From Eledone cirrhosa (lineage: Eukaryota), in assembly GCA_964016885.1 (NCBI GenBank), contig OZ024750.1, positions 22,506,001-22,570,000 on the forward strand: a stretch of 64,000 nt of DNA, read 5' to 3'. Of the stretch, positions 1 through 12,104 are shown piece by piece. A model generated the notes under the pieces. That model was not told where the DNA came from, did not search any database, and worked only from the letters and a program-made list of their open reading frames with translations. Each line of letters starts with the position of its first letter. Within the stretch, counting starts at the first letter, position 1. The position numbers and the translations under genes are program-made.

Positions 1-765
1 TGAGATAAATATAGATACAACTGTGTGGTGAAGACGTTCGCTTGGAAACAATGTGAGCTCGGGTTCGATACAACTGCGTGGCAAAATACACACGCAGGAG
101 ATAGCAAAGCTATATCTGAGATAAATATAGATACAAAAGGTGTATATATAGCTGTGTAGTTCAGACGTTGAAACCTCACGGGTCTGGGTTCGATCTCTCT
201 GCGCAAGATCTCAAGCATATGTGATTTTTTTTTTTTTTTTTACCGATGCATTGACAGAGAGACTGAAAGTGTATCACGCACGTGAGATAACGTTTAGATT
301 CTGTGATCCCAGTCCTGTCAACCTCTAAAAACCCAAAATGGGGAGTACCATACCATGAAAAAAACGTGCCCCAAAACGGGGAGAAATGAGGCAAAAATGG
401 AGAGATTTTACATAATGGAAGATTTTACATTTTTACAAGAGAAGACATCCCTCACCCACTCCAAAGTGGGTGCGAGATCTCCCCGTCCGACGGGGAGAGC
501 TGACATGTCTGTGAACCTAATTCGGGGAAGTGGGGTGGTGGATTGCAGTAGCAATAACTATTGGCCTATTGTCGCTGGTTGCGAAGAGGTCCCTATAACA
601 TTTCAAGATTTACGAGACCTAAAATGCGAGCCTGAAGAAAAAATAGTAGTACCAGGCCCATCCATTCCAAACTGCTAACTAAGTATTTTAGTTATCAGTT
701 CTTTATACATGATTTATGTATGGATTACAAATATGTATGGATTTATGTATGGATTATAGATATGC

Positions 766-1082
766 GTGAAGGCGCATGCATGGCTTTGTGGTTAGGGAAT
801 TTGTAACGTCGTTAGTTCGATTCCTGGTGGCGCGCTGTGTCCTTAAGCAAGACACTTTATTTCAGGTTGCTCCAGTTCACTCAGCTGGTAAAAATGAATT
901 GTACCTGTAATTCGAAAGGTCAGCCCTGTCACATTCTGTGTCACGTCGAATCTCCCTGAGAACTACGTTAACGGTACGCGCGTTTGTGGAATGATCAGCC
1001 ACTTGCGCATTAATTTCACGAGTAGGCTGTTCCATTGATCGGATCAACTGGAACACTCGTCGTCGTAGCCAACGGAGTGCCT
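766..1082 (+). mobile_element. tRNA-derived SINE, family B (CORE-like middle, long 3' tail)
   Basis: A-box-like TGGCTTTGTGG, B-box GTTCGATTCC, then TGTGTCCTTAAGCAAGACACTT. The tail (gagaactacgttaa...ggaacactcgtcgtcg...cggagtgcc) recurs near 22.0, 25.0, 27.5, 29.5, 50.0, 53.7 and 56.2 kb. Confidence 0.8.
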
Positions 1083-1424
1083 TCCACGGATATGTCCCTG
1101 TATATGTAGTGTACACGATGTACTTACATGTAAGACAACAGACTAAAAGAACTAAACCCTGATACTAAAAGGTCCATGCCAACAGGTCCACATTCCACTG
1201 GATTGGGGTGTCTAGGTCAGAGGTTCTCAAACTTTTGGGGCCACCGCCCTCCCCTCACGGCCACGTAATGCCCTCAGCCCCCCCCCCCCCCACACTCCTA
1301 TAGCCAAAAGAGACCTGCCTACACGCAATTTGTAAATCTATAATATAATAAAGGGAGTAGTGCCGGACAGTGTCCGTTTTACATTTTTTTTTATCCCGTT
1401 AGTAAAATAAGTTGGATTAGTTTG

Positions 1425-2281
1425 AATAAATAATTGTTTCTACTTTAGGCACAAGGCCAGCAAATTACCCAGTGTATTACTGGTACTTTATTTTATCGAC
1501 CCCAGTAAGGATGAAAGGCAAAGTTAACCTCGGCGGGATTTGAACTCAGATTGGAAAGGGCCGTAACTCTATGCGTCAAAGCATGGCGTCCGACCTTCAA
1601 CCGATACTGCCAATCCAGAATAAATAATTGTTTCTACTTTAGGCACAAGGCCAGCAATTACCCAGTGTATTACTGGTACTTTATTTTATCGACCCCGTAA
1701 GGATGAAAGGCAAAGTTAACTTCGGCGGGATTTGAACTCAGATTGGAAAGGGCCGTAACTCTATGCGTCAAAGCATGGCGTCCGACCCTCTACCGATACT
1801 GCCAATCCAGAATAAATAATTGTTTCTACTTTAGGCACAAGGCCAGCAATTACCCAGTGCATTACTGGTACTTTATTTTATCGACCCCCAGAATAATCCA
1901 GAATAAATAATTGTTTCTACTTTAGGCACAAGGCCAGCAATTACCCAGTGCATTACTGGTACTTTATTTTATCGACCCCCAGAATAATCCAGAATAAATA
2001 ATTGTTTCTACTTTAGGCACAAGGCCAGCAATTACCCAGTGCATTACTGGTACTTTATTTTATCGACCCCCAGAATAATCCAGAATAAATAATTGTTTCT
2101 ACTTTAGGCACAAGGCCAGCAATTACCAAGTGCATTACTGGTACTTTATTTTATCGACCCCGTAAGGATGAAAGGCAAAGTCAACCTCGGCGGGATTTGA
2201 ACTCAGATCGTAAAGGGACATAACTATGCTGGAAAGCATGGCGTCCGACCCCTCTACCGATACTGCTAATCCACCGCCTCA
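1425..2281 (-). mobile_element. Tandem array of tRNA-derived SINE family A: two near-full copies, three 91-bp partial units, one full copy
   Basis: Minus strand has A-box TGGCAGTATCGG, B-box GAGTTCAAATCCC and GCCTTTCATCCTTACGGGGTCGATAAAATAAAGTACC. The unit start cagaataaataattgtttc recurs at 1808, 1899, 1990 and 2081. Confidence 0.9.
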
Positions 2282-2892
2282 AGAATAAATAATGAATGAA
2301 TATTATATAATTTATCTACTAAATTTGTAACACATGATTAAACATAAATAATTTAATGTATTGCTTATTTCAAGATTTCTTTTAAAAGTTTCAAATTTCA
2401 ACTTCAATTTCAACTATATTTTGTTCGACGTTCTCTACCGTCCTTCAAAACAGAAAATAATGGTTTCTGATTTAGGCATATGGCAAACAATTTTCGAGGA
2501 GGGGAAGTCAATCAAAACGACTCAGTGTACTTACGGGTACTTTATTTTATCGACCACGAAAGGATGAAAGGCAAAGCTAACCTCGGCGGGATTTGAACTC
2601 ACTAAGACATATTTCGTCCGACGTCTCTAACGATTCTTACAATACACCCGTCCCCTCTTTAAATAGAAAATAACAACAAAGAAAAGATATATAGGGCTCG
2701 AAGTTTCTGAGATTTTAGGCACGTGGGATAGGGATAGAATATCAGGATGTTATATAATTAGGCCTCATATTTTATGCTTTCCTCTAAGGATGGAGGTGGG
2801 GGTATAACCAGGGTGAGAGAAGTTAACGAAAGTTCACCAATATTCGAAACCCTATATTCTCTGTAAACAATTTGGCGCAAAGAATCATAAGC

Positions 2893-3765
2893 ATGGTGGT
2901 AATAGTGGTGATAGTAGTTCTGGTAGTAGTGGTGATAGTAGTGGTGGTAATAGTGGTGGTGATCGTGGTAGTAGTGGTGATGGTAGTTCTGGTGGTAGTG
3001 GTGGTAATAGTGGTGATGGTAGTTCTGGTGGTAGTGGTGGTAATAGTGGTGATAGTAGTTCTGGTGGTAGTGGTGGTAATAGTGGTGTTGGTGATAGTAG
3101 TGGTGGTAATAGTGGTGGTGATGGTGGTAGTAGTGGTGATGGTAGTAGTAGTGGTGATCGTGGTGATGGTGGTAGTAGTGGTGATGGTGGTAGTAGTGAT
3201 GGTGGTAGTAGTGATGGTGGTAGTAGTGGTGATGGTGGTAGTAGTGGTGATGGTGGTAGTAGTGGTGATGCTGGTAGTAGTGGTGATGCTGGTAGTAGTG
3301 GTGGTGCTGATAGTAGTGGTGATGGTGGTAGTAGTGGTGATGGTGGTAGTAGTGGTGATAGTGGTAGTAGTGGTGATGGTTGTAGTGGTGGTGGTGGTAA
3401 TAGTGGTGATGGTAGTAGTAGTGATGATGGTGGTGATGGTAGTAGTAGTGGTGATGGTGGTAGTAGTGATGGTGGTGGTAGTAGTGGTGATGGTGGTAGT
3501 GGTGGTAATAGTGGTGATGGTAGCAGTAGTGGTGATGGTGGTAGTAGTGATGGTGATGGTAGTAGTGGTGGTGGTGGTAATAGTGGTGATGGTAGTAGTA
3601 GTGGTGGTGATGGTTTTACAGGTAATGTTGGTAGTGGTGGTGGGTGTAGTATATAGTACTAGTAGTTGTGGTGGTGATGGTGGCGGTGGTAGTGGCATCG
3701 GTAGTAGTTGTGGTGGTGATGGTGGTGGTAGTGGTAGTAGTCGTGGTGATGCTGGCGCTGGCGGT
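2893..3765. repeat. Degenerate trinucleotide repeat (GTG/GTA/ATG)n
   Basis: About 870 bp of in-phase triplets, producing the artefactual poly-Val and poly-Thr ORFs. Confidence 0.95.
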
Positions 3766-4155
3766 AAAGGCGCGTTGCTTTCCTTCAGTTAGGACCAACA
3801 TCGTTTTGTAGGTTGTAGCATTGCCAGATCAATTTCATAAAAAAATAACACAAAATTCCCAAAGAATTGCGGACTATAGAATATAACCCCAAATATGAAA
3901 ACAGAATGGCTTAAAAAACATAAATTTTGTTAGTAAATTAAAAATATTCTCTTACACTCTCACATGAAATATATATAAGGAAAGAGATATTTATTTAATA
4001 ATGTCTCATATAAAATAATACAACCAGCTATCCACGAAATACTGATTAGTTAGCACCCCAAACACTAAATTGGGAAAATACTTAGCTATATCCTAATGTT
4101 TGTTGAGTGAGATGGAGTTGGTCGGAGTATCGCTTAAGGCTTTCTCTGTTTATGT

Positions 4156-4210
<55 letters not shown>

Positions 4211-4215
<5 letters not shown>

Positions 4216-4470
4216 TAAACGGAATAGAAAATGCTGACAAATTGTTCACAGTTGAAAAATGGTTTAATTAGGAATAAAAGAGTATTAGTGATTGAGTGAT
4301 TGTATGGGTTAGTATTCAGTTAAAACCACAACTGAATACTAACCCATACAATCACTAATACTCTTTTATTCCTAATTAAACCATTTTTCAACTGTGAACA
4401 ATTTGTCAGCATTTTCTATTCCGTTTACCAATATATAATAACTTGTGTGTTACACCTCTATTCTTTTAAC
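4211..4470 (+). mobile_element. Fold-back module (about 105-bp arms) plus short tail inside (TA)n; putative PLE remnant
   Basis: 4211-4321 is the reverse complement of 4330-4432, apart from a short duplication in the left arm. It is flanked by (TA)n. The tail AACTTGTGTGTTAC resembles AACTCGTGTGTTAC near 6553. Confidence 0.6.
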
Positions 4471-4555
4471 TATATATATATATATAGAGTTAAGAACTCA
4501 GAGTAGTCTCTTACAATTAAATAGCTCTAAGAAAAAAGCTTTTCCGAGCCGTACA

Positions 4556-4813
4556 ATATAATTGAATAAACAAGAGAGATGAACACTAATATAAACATAC
4601 ATGTGTTCGAATCGTAAGGTTCAAATTTGGTGGGGTGAAAAAATACTAACTACAGCAATATAGTTTGTTATCCTTAACCTTAAATATTAAATTAAGAAAA
4701 ATTAAGAAAAATAACAGACCTATATTGGGCAAAAATGCCTGGTAGCAAATTTGGTCCTCACAATTCGAACACATGTATGTTTATATTAGTGTTCATCTCT
4801 CTTGTGTTTATTC

Positions 4814-4820
<7 letters not shown>
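4556..4820. repeat. Inverted repeat (about 70-bp arms) between (TA)n tracts
   Basis: taattgaataaacaagagagatgaacactaatataaacatacatgtgttcgaat is mirrored at about 4762-4818. Confidence 0.85.
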
Positions 4821-4881
<61 letters not shown>

Positions 4882-5412
4882 TTGTGTGTATAAGCGAGCG
4901 ACCAGGCTGATACTTCGAGGTCACTCAGTTTTTTTTTTTTTTACTAAGAAAATAAACTTCTACACTCTACCCACTAGTATTGAGTACTCATTCAGTTGTT
5001 TCAATATATAAATATATAAACTTTGATAGGTTTTGGCCAGTATATATAACATTCCAGTGGGTGACTATAGAGAAAGTTTGATGCTGATGTTTGCTCGTTT
5101 TACGTATTCGTCATAGTTTAATGTAGGATATTCAAAGAATTCTTTAAAAAATTTTTTTTTATAGTAGCCCAAATTAACAATAAATAAACACCGTGCAAAA
5201 CTGAAATTTAGTGAAAAATGTTTACTTTTCGCCCAATCTGGTATCTTTTAGTAACAAAAGGGGATATCATACTGGTGACATACATTGGATTGCAACTTAA
5301 ACATTCAAATTTCTTGTTGGGCTTCATTTAAACGCCTACTTACGGAAGGAAAAAAAGCAGTACTGCATTGTTATAGGGTATAAAAGGCCTGGAGGGAACA
5401 CACACACACACA

Positions 5413-5473
<61 letters not shown>

Positions 5474-5491
5474 GTTTATTATATATTTATT

Positions 5492-5680
5492 GAAATCACT
5501 CCTCCAGGTCTAGAACTGTTTCATTCGCATGAAATCAACATGCGAAAGAAACAGTTCTAGTCTTGTAGAAGTCATTTCTATATATATATAATAAAGATGC
5601 TTATACTCTACCAATGTATTGAGTACCATGTTTAACTGTGGTCACCCCACCCCGCACCACGACACAACTCGGGAATCTAC
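5492..5680 (+). mobile_element. Fold-back with degenerate hammerhead 3' half and TATTGAGTAC tail; putative PLE remnant
   Basis: Arms 5492-5531 and 5539-5578. The right arm has GAAACAGTTCTAGTC. The tail tattgagtac...aactgtggtcacc is shared with 19818-19848, and a related copy lies at 16641-16692. Confidence 0.55.
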
Positions 5681-5929
5681 ACATATGTATGTGTGTAGAA
5701 GCTTAGCAAACTAAAAACTCGCGTTGCTGAAACATCAGAGTTATGTTGTAAAAAAAAATTGAATAAATAAACATCATCGTCATCATCGTTTAACGTCTAT
5801 CTTCCACCCTAGCATGCGTTTAGACACGTGTGTGTGTGTGTGTGTGTAAAAGGTAAACAGAAATAACAACAGAATCGGTACAGTATATGGAAGGTATATA
5901 TTAGGTTAACGCTTGATATAGCTGGAAGA

Positions 5930-5970
5930 GGGTGTTAACGTTTCGGACGCCAGTCCTTCATCAAAAGAAA
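5930..5970 (-). ncRNA. Minimal hammerhead-like motif (degenerate)
   Basis: Minus strand reads tTGATGA-A-GGAC-tggc-GTCC-GAAAC-GTTA. Stem II and palindromic stem III are present, but C3 is changed to T and stem I is not evident. Confidence 0.5.
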
Positions 5971-6092
5971 GAATGAGAAATAAAATAGATTGAGGGGACG
6001 GGCGGGGTGGAATTTGAAAAAAATGTCTTTAGATAAAAATAACAGGTCCATTCATGTTGACATCTCTTGCAAAACTGTTGGTGCTGGCGTTT

Positions 6093-6134
<42 letters not shown>

Positions 6135-6138
<4 letters not shown>

Positions 6139-6338
6139 AACCAGTAAGACCCCAACGGCTGAGCTCAAGCCGTTTCGACGGCTAATTCTGGACGCTAATT
6201 CAGTCCAGAATTAGCCGTCGAAACGGCTTGAGCTCAGCCGTCGGGGTCTTACTGGTTCCTATTACCCACTCTACTACCCCAAGTATTGAGTACTTTGGTG
6301 CGTTATGGTCCACCTGGTTCCTTACCACATTTCCTTCG
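6135..6338 (+). mobile_element. Fold-back module with hammerhead 3' half and TATTGAGTACT tail inside (TA)n
   Basis: Inverted repeat 6135-6261. GAAACGGCT-tgagctc-AGCCGTC gives GAAA, stem III and a GUC site. The same family occurs at 17885-18018, 63274-63387 and 63427-63611. Confidence 0.65.
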
Positions 6339-6380
6339 TTATATATATATATCTATATATATATATATATATATATATAA

Positions 6381-6580
6381 CAAATAGTAAAAAGGAAAAA
6401 AATTCAGTAGAGAATGCTGGAGGGATTTTTTTTTCCGCATTTAAATGCGGAAATACCCACTTTATAAATAAATGTTTTGATATTACACTGAAAAAATCCC
6501 TCCAGCATTTTCTACTGAATTTTTTCCTTTTTACTATTTATTTATATATATCAACTCGTGTGTTACTTTTCTACATTCCA
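6381..6580 (+). repeat. Inverted repeat (about 50-bp arms) plus tail inside (TA)n
   Basis: aaatagtaaaaaggaaaaaaattcagtagagaatgctggagggattttt is mirrored at about 6491-6539. Confidence 0.8.
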
Positions 6581-6857
6581 TATATATATATATATATAGG
6601 GTGTGCCCCAAATGTATACATACTTTTGGACACCCTGCATATATATATGACGATTTCTACTATAGGCACAAGGCCAGCAATTTTGGGAAAGGGGATTAAA
6701 TCGACTCAATGCATTACTGGTGCCTTATGCACTGGGGTCGATTTAATCGACTTTTCCCCCCCTCTCCCAAAATTGTGCCTATAGTAGAAATAATTATATA
6801 TATATATATATATATATACATTTATATATATATATACACACATATATATGTATATGC

Positions 6858-6933
6858 AGGGTGTCCCAAAAATGTATACATACTTTGATTAGAATGATGT
6901 TGAAGTGTGCTTATATTTTTGAGGGACACCCTG
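6858..6933. mobile_element. Tc1/mariner-type MITE with CAGGGTGTCC termini
   Basis: CAGGGTGTCCC...GGGACACCCTG in TA-rich flanks. Related copies lie at about 6598-6636, 15931-16002, 16053-16137 and 16277-16355. Confidence 0.65.
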
Positions 6934-7787
6934 CATATATATATATATTTGCTCTACGGTTCTTATATATTTGATATATATTTATCCTTATCGAGCACTC
7001 TTTGGATTTTAGTCTTCAAATTTATTATTATTACTATATATATATAATATAGAAAAGGCTTCTAATATATATAAAGTAAATAAAACAAACTATTAGAGTG
7101 AGTTGTTTTCAGCTCTTTTACTTAACTTGATGGTTTAATACATTATAAACTTTTACACAAACATTTTAACCTTTTAACAAGGATGTTTTGCTTGTATATC
7201 AATATGTATGGTAATGTAGTTACAGGTATATGATTAAATACAAATAAATAGATGGATGAATGAATAAAATGCTCTCTCACACACACTCTCTCTCTCTCTC
7301 TACTACTTATGTAGATTTATTTTCCTATCTATTTATGTATGCATGTACTACTGTCATTACATTATATTGCTGTTTACGTTTGTTATTTGCCGTAAACTTA
7401 CACGCTTCGTTCGCTTTTTCTTCTCTCAGCAGCGGCTACTACTGAGAATGCAAGCGCGCGAATGCCTCGAAAGTATAGATATAGATATATAGATATGATA
7501 TATATACGAGGGAACACGGCGTACATATAAATATATATATATATATTACCTCTTCTGTAGTGTACGTAGAATGATTCTCGTGAACTAATATCTGTGTATC
7601 TATCTATCTATCCTTCTTTCTATCTATCTATCTATCTATTTTATTAATCACTGGAAGCCTTATAACGAACGAACCCAGCAATAAGCTAGAGCGAGCTGTT
7701 TAGCTTCTTTCTCGCCAATTAACCTTTTTTTTTTTAAATCTTGAGTTCTTTTAAGCGTTCTTTTTTAAAATCTAAATTATCATTTAG

Positions 7788-7917
7788 ACCACCACCACTA
7801 CTACTACTACCACTACCACTGCTACCACCACCACCACACCACCACTACTACTACTACTACCACTACTACCACCACCATCACTACTACTACTACCACCACC
7901 ACCACCACCACCGCCAA

Positions 7918-7948
<31 letters not shown>

Positions 7949-7960
7949 GTTGTTGTCGTC
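7788..7960. repeat. (ACC/ACT)n trinucleotide microsatellite
   Basis: Directly visible. Confidence 0.9.
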
Positions 7961-8930
7961 ATCGTTATCGGAACCAAACCATAAACATTTGGATATTCCT
8001 TTGTTTTGATTCATACGAGGAGAAATTTCTCTCCCTCTGAATACGTACACATACACATACACGGACATAAACACATATACAGACACACATAGTGATAGAT
8101 ACACACGTATACACACACATACACACATTTACACATACATCCACACGCATATACATAAACACATATACAGACACACAGTGACAAAAAAAAAAAACACGTA
8201 TACACACATAGATACACACATTTACACATACATACGCACACACATATATACACACACATTTACACATACATCCACACGCATATACATAAACACATATACA
8301 GACGCACAGTGACAAAAATAAAAAGCATACGTATACACATACATACACACATTTACACATACATACGCACACACATATATACACACACTACACACATTTA
8401 CACATACATCCACACACATACACACATTTACACATACATCCACACGCATATACATAAACACATATACAGACACACGTATACACATACATACACACATTTA
8501 CACATACATACGCACACACATATATACACACATATACATAGATATTCTTTAATTACAAGAGAGAGAGAGAGAGAGAGAGAAAGAGATGAGGGATGAGAGA
8601 AGCAGAATGGTGAAAAAGTGATTACAACGGAAACAAAATTAGAAAATAAATAATAATAATAACGAAAGAATCTTTTCTGAAGGAGTGAAAACGAAAACAA
8701 ACCCGCTACAACAACGACAGACAACAACATAATACTTGTCGACTCTGTATTGAATTCTCATTATTTTCTTTATTAATATAATTCCTGGTGCTATTGTTGT
8801 GCTTTTCTTTTTACTTTTTTCGTTTCTTTTCTTATTTTCTACCTACCAAACACCCCCGTCCATCCTTTCTTTATACTTTACAATATAAAGACGGAGCATA
8901 TCCGGAAAGGTTTATTTAAAAAAAAAAAAC

Positions 8931-9102
8931 ATGAGTCGACGCGCGAGCTTTTTTAATAAGCAAAACCCTGGTAAACCACGGGTTCGATTTGCAGACGAAT
9001 TAGTATTTAACGATAATGTCAAGGAACAGGACATACCGGCGATGGAAGCAATGTTAAGGAGATCTAGTTTACAGATGGATATAAACAGTATCAACAGCGC
9101 AG
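8931..9102 (+). CDS. PPP1R27: First coding exon of an RVxF/ankyrin-repeat protein phosphatase 1 regulatory subunit (PPP1R27-like; PPP1R12/16 family)
   Basis: ATG at 8931 in an AAAC-ATG context. It encodes MSRRASFFNKQNPGKPRVRFADELVFNDNVKEQDIPAMEAMLRRSSLQMDINSINSA(G): the PP1-docking RVxF motif (RVRF), a first ankyrin-like helix pair, then DIN..N..G leading into the next repeat. It ends at a canonical CAG|GTAAGC donor, phase 1. The exact orthologue is uncertain. Confidence 0.85.
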
Positions 9103-9490
9103 GTAAGCAATAACTTTACACATTTTCAGACTTATTTACTAAACACTTCTTTTTCTTTTTGTAAATAAATAAATATTCATGCAAGCGGCTCATCGATATG
9201 ATGGTGACAGGCTAGCGTGTATTACAACGTACTGTAGTGTTGTGTATGTTATCCCTTTCTCTTAATTTCGAGTATATTTTTTTTGACCGGCCACCTTCCT
9301 GGTGGCAAGGTTGCAAAAGAAAAGAAATTGTCATCCTTTGAATCGCAAGAATGTTTTTCAAATGTTGAAGGTGCCAGCTATCGCAGTCATTTGTAGACTA
9401 TGAATTAGGGAGCTGCGCTTTTGCATGCATGCATGTATGTATGTATGTATGTATGTATGTATGTATGTATGTATGTATGTATGTATGTAT

Positions 9491-9804
9491 GTTCTTGTTC
9501 TTCTTTTTGGTAAATATCATCTTGGTTAAGAGAGTGGGACTGGCTTTGTGCAGTGCCTTTGCTCACTATAAAAGCTTCACGGCACAGGCATTGCTTTATA
9601 TCTGGAGATCTCTCTGCACTTGTCGTCACATGGTACCATGGGCCCAGCACTATGTGTCAATAATTGTCACAAGTGTAGTGTTTGTACCAGAGTTTTCAAG
9701 TCGCTGGCTGGACTAAAAAGTCACACTCGTTCAGCGCATCGGTAGGGGTTCTCCTACATGGATATAAAGTAGTGGCCGTACTCGAAAACGAGTTGGCAGC
9801 GACC
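9491..9804 (+). mobile_element. Bipartite non-autonomous RTE-derived element inside (ATGT)n
   Basis: A 5'UTR-like block (GAGAGTGGGACTGG...CACAGGCATTGC) is fused to an ORF end encoding a C2H2 finger, [23 protein letters not shown] (9674-9745). The 3' end GGCCGTACTCGAAAACGAGTTGGCAGC is followed by (ATGT)n. Confidence 0.75.
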
Positions 9805-10235
9805 ATGTATGTATGTATGTATGTATGTATGTATGTATGTATGTATGTATGTATGTATGAGTATGCATGTATAGCTGCATATGTATGAATGTATGTCTGT
9901 CTGTATATATATATATATGCATGAATGTATATATGTGTATGTATGTATGTATGTATGCATGTATGAGTATGTATGCATGTATGTATATATATATATGTGT
10001 TTGTACATTTATATGTAGATGTTTATATATATATATATATGTAGATGTTGGTATATATATATTTATGTATCTGTATGTATGTATATATATGTATATATAT
10101 ATATATATATGTAGATGTTTATATATATATATATATATATATATATGCATATGTATGTATCTATATATATGTATGTGTATGTATGTATATATATGTATAT
10201 ATATGTAAATATATGTATATATATGTATATATATG

Positions 10236-10296
<61 letters not shown>

Positions 10297-10768
10297 GTGT
10301 ATATAGTATTGTAGTAGACAGTATAATACAATGCGCTGTAATGATGTGTATATAGAGACGTTATTTTGTATGTATACATGTATGCATGCATGTATGTGTG
10401 CATACATGTATGTACGCATGCATGCATGCGTGTATGTATGTATATATGTATACATGTATGTATGTATAGTAGTGTATATAGTAGTTTAATTGATTGTGTA
10501 ATAGAATGTACCGTAGTGATGTGTGAAATGTCGTGTCAAGGGGACTGTTATATATAGTAGTGTTTAGAAGAAATGACACCCTAGCTTGGGTATACATGAG
10601 ACGAGATGGTCATGGCTGGAACATATGACTGAATCAAGACAGACTTATGTGTAAACAATAACACATCTTATTACCTCGTTATATTATACACACACACACA
10701 ACACAACACAACACAACACAATACACTACTGTGTCTACAAGTCTCTCTCTTTCTCTCTCTCTCTCTCT

Positions 10769-10850
<82 letters not shown>

Positions 10851-11003
10851 TGGTGTGTATAGTATTGCAGACGATGTCATAGAACGCTACATACACTGCA
10901 GTGAGTTGAGTGTCCTCTATGTATATAAGAAGGAACTGTAGATGATATAGTATATAGTATATAGTAAGTGTTGTGTATATAGTAACTCTATAATGATTAC
11001 ATG

Positions 11004-11035
<32 letters not shown>

Positions 11036-11783
11036 GAGAGAGATAGAGATAGAGAGATAGAGAGAGAGGTATGTATAACATTGTATCCAGTATAATAGTA
11101 TTGTAGAGATGTGTAATGTATGTAGAGATATTGTTCAACAAAGGGTATATATATATATATAATGGTGTATACTGTATTGTAGACATGTACTGCATGTTGA
11201 CATTACAGTGTGTGTGCCTGTATTACACGCACACACACACACACACACACACATATATGCATGTATATAATTATTTCTAACCCAGACACAAGACTAGGCA
11301 ATTTAGGCGGGAGGGGAAGTCGATTAAATCAACTTCAGTATTTTACTGGTACTTTATTTTACCGACCCTAGAAGGACGAGAGACAAAGTTACGTCGGTGG
11401 ATTTTGAACCCCCTCAGAACATAAAGGGCCAGAAACCAATAGTGCTAAATATTTGTTTGACGCTCTAACGATTCTCTCAATCCACCCTCCTGTTTGTATA
11501 TAAGCAATACAAGCATGTATATAAGGTCAGTCCCTTCTTCAGTTGTCAGCTGAATTGTCTTTAATGCGTTGAAATGTCTGATCTCCAGCAGACAAATGAA
11601 GAAGGGACTGTTCCCCGTTTCTCCTTTTTTTAAATTTCTAAATACACTTTATCTAGTAACCACACAGCTCCTTGTTTCTTCTCTCTCTCTCTTGAAATAC
11701 CAATGAAGGTTGGAAAATCACTGATGAAGGACTATTTTTATCATATGTAACCCATGTGCAACCACGCAGTATTTATTCTTCTC

Positions 11784-11844
<61 letters not shown>

Positions 11845-12104
11845 GTATATGTTGTAGAGACTAATGTATTATGTGTGTGTATCATACAACGAGGTGATAA
11901 GTGTATTGTTGTTTAGCCCTAGGTCAGCCTTGATTCAGTAGACATGTTATCAAAGATGTTCCAGGCATAACCAGCTCGTCTCATGTTTTTCATTTCACCA
12001 GATAGTTTTATCTGAAGGAAATTTGGTTACTATTTCTAGCAGGTCGAAGGACCATTGATGGCTCGTAGTACTGTAAGTTGAGTTGTGTAAACACTGTAGT
12101 GTAG

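Noticed and set aside
2823-3792. Mucin-like poly-Thr or poly-Val ORFs
   Set aside because: Pure triplet repeat open on both strands, with no recognisable domain or splice context. A mucin exon cannot be fully excluded but is unsupported.
9674-9745. Host C2H2 zinc-finger gene exon
   Set aside because: Occurs in five near-identical copies at the 3' end of a retroelement, so it is the RTE ORF terminus.
11520-11790. Additional hammerheads (CTGAAGAAGGGAC on the minus strand, CTGATGAAGGAC on the plus strand)
   Set aside because: Only the 5' core half is present, with no matching stem II plus GAAA. At best these are decayed remnants.
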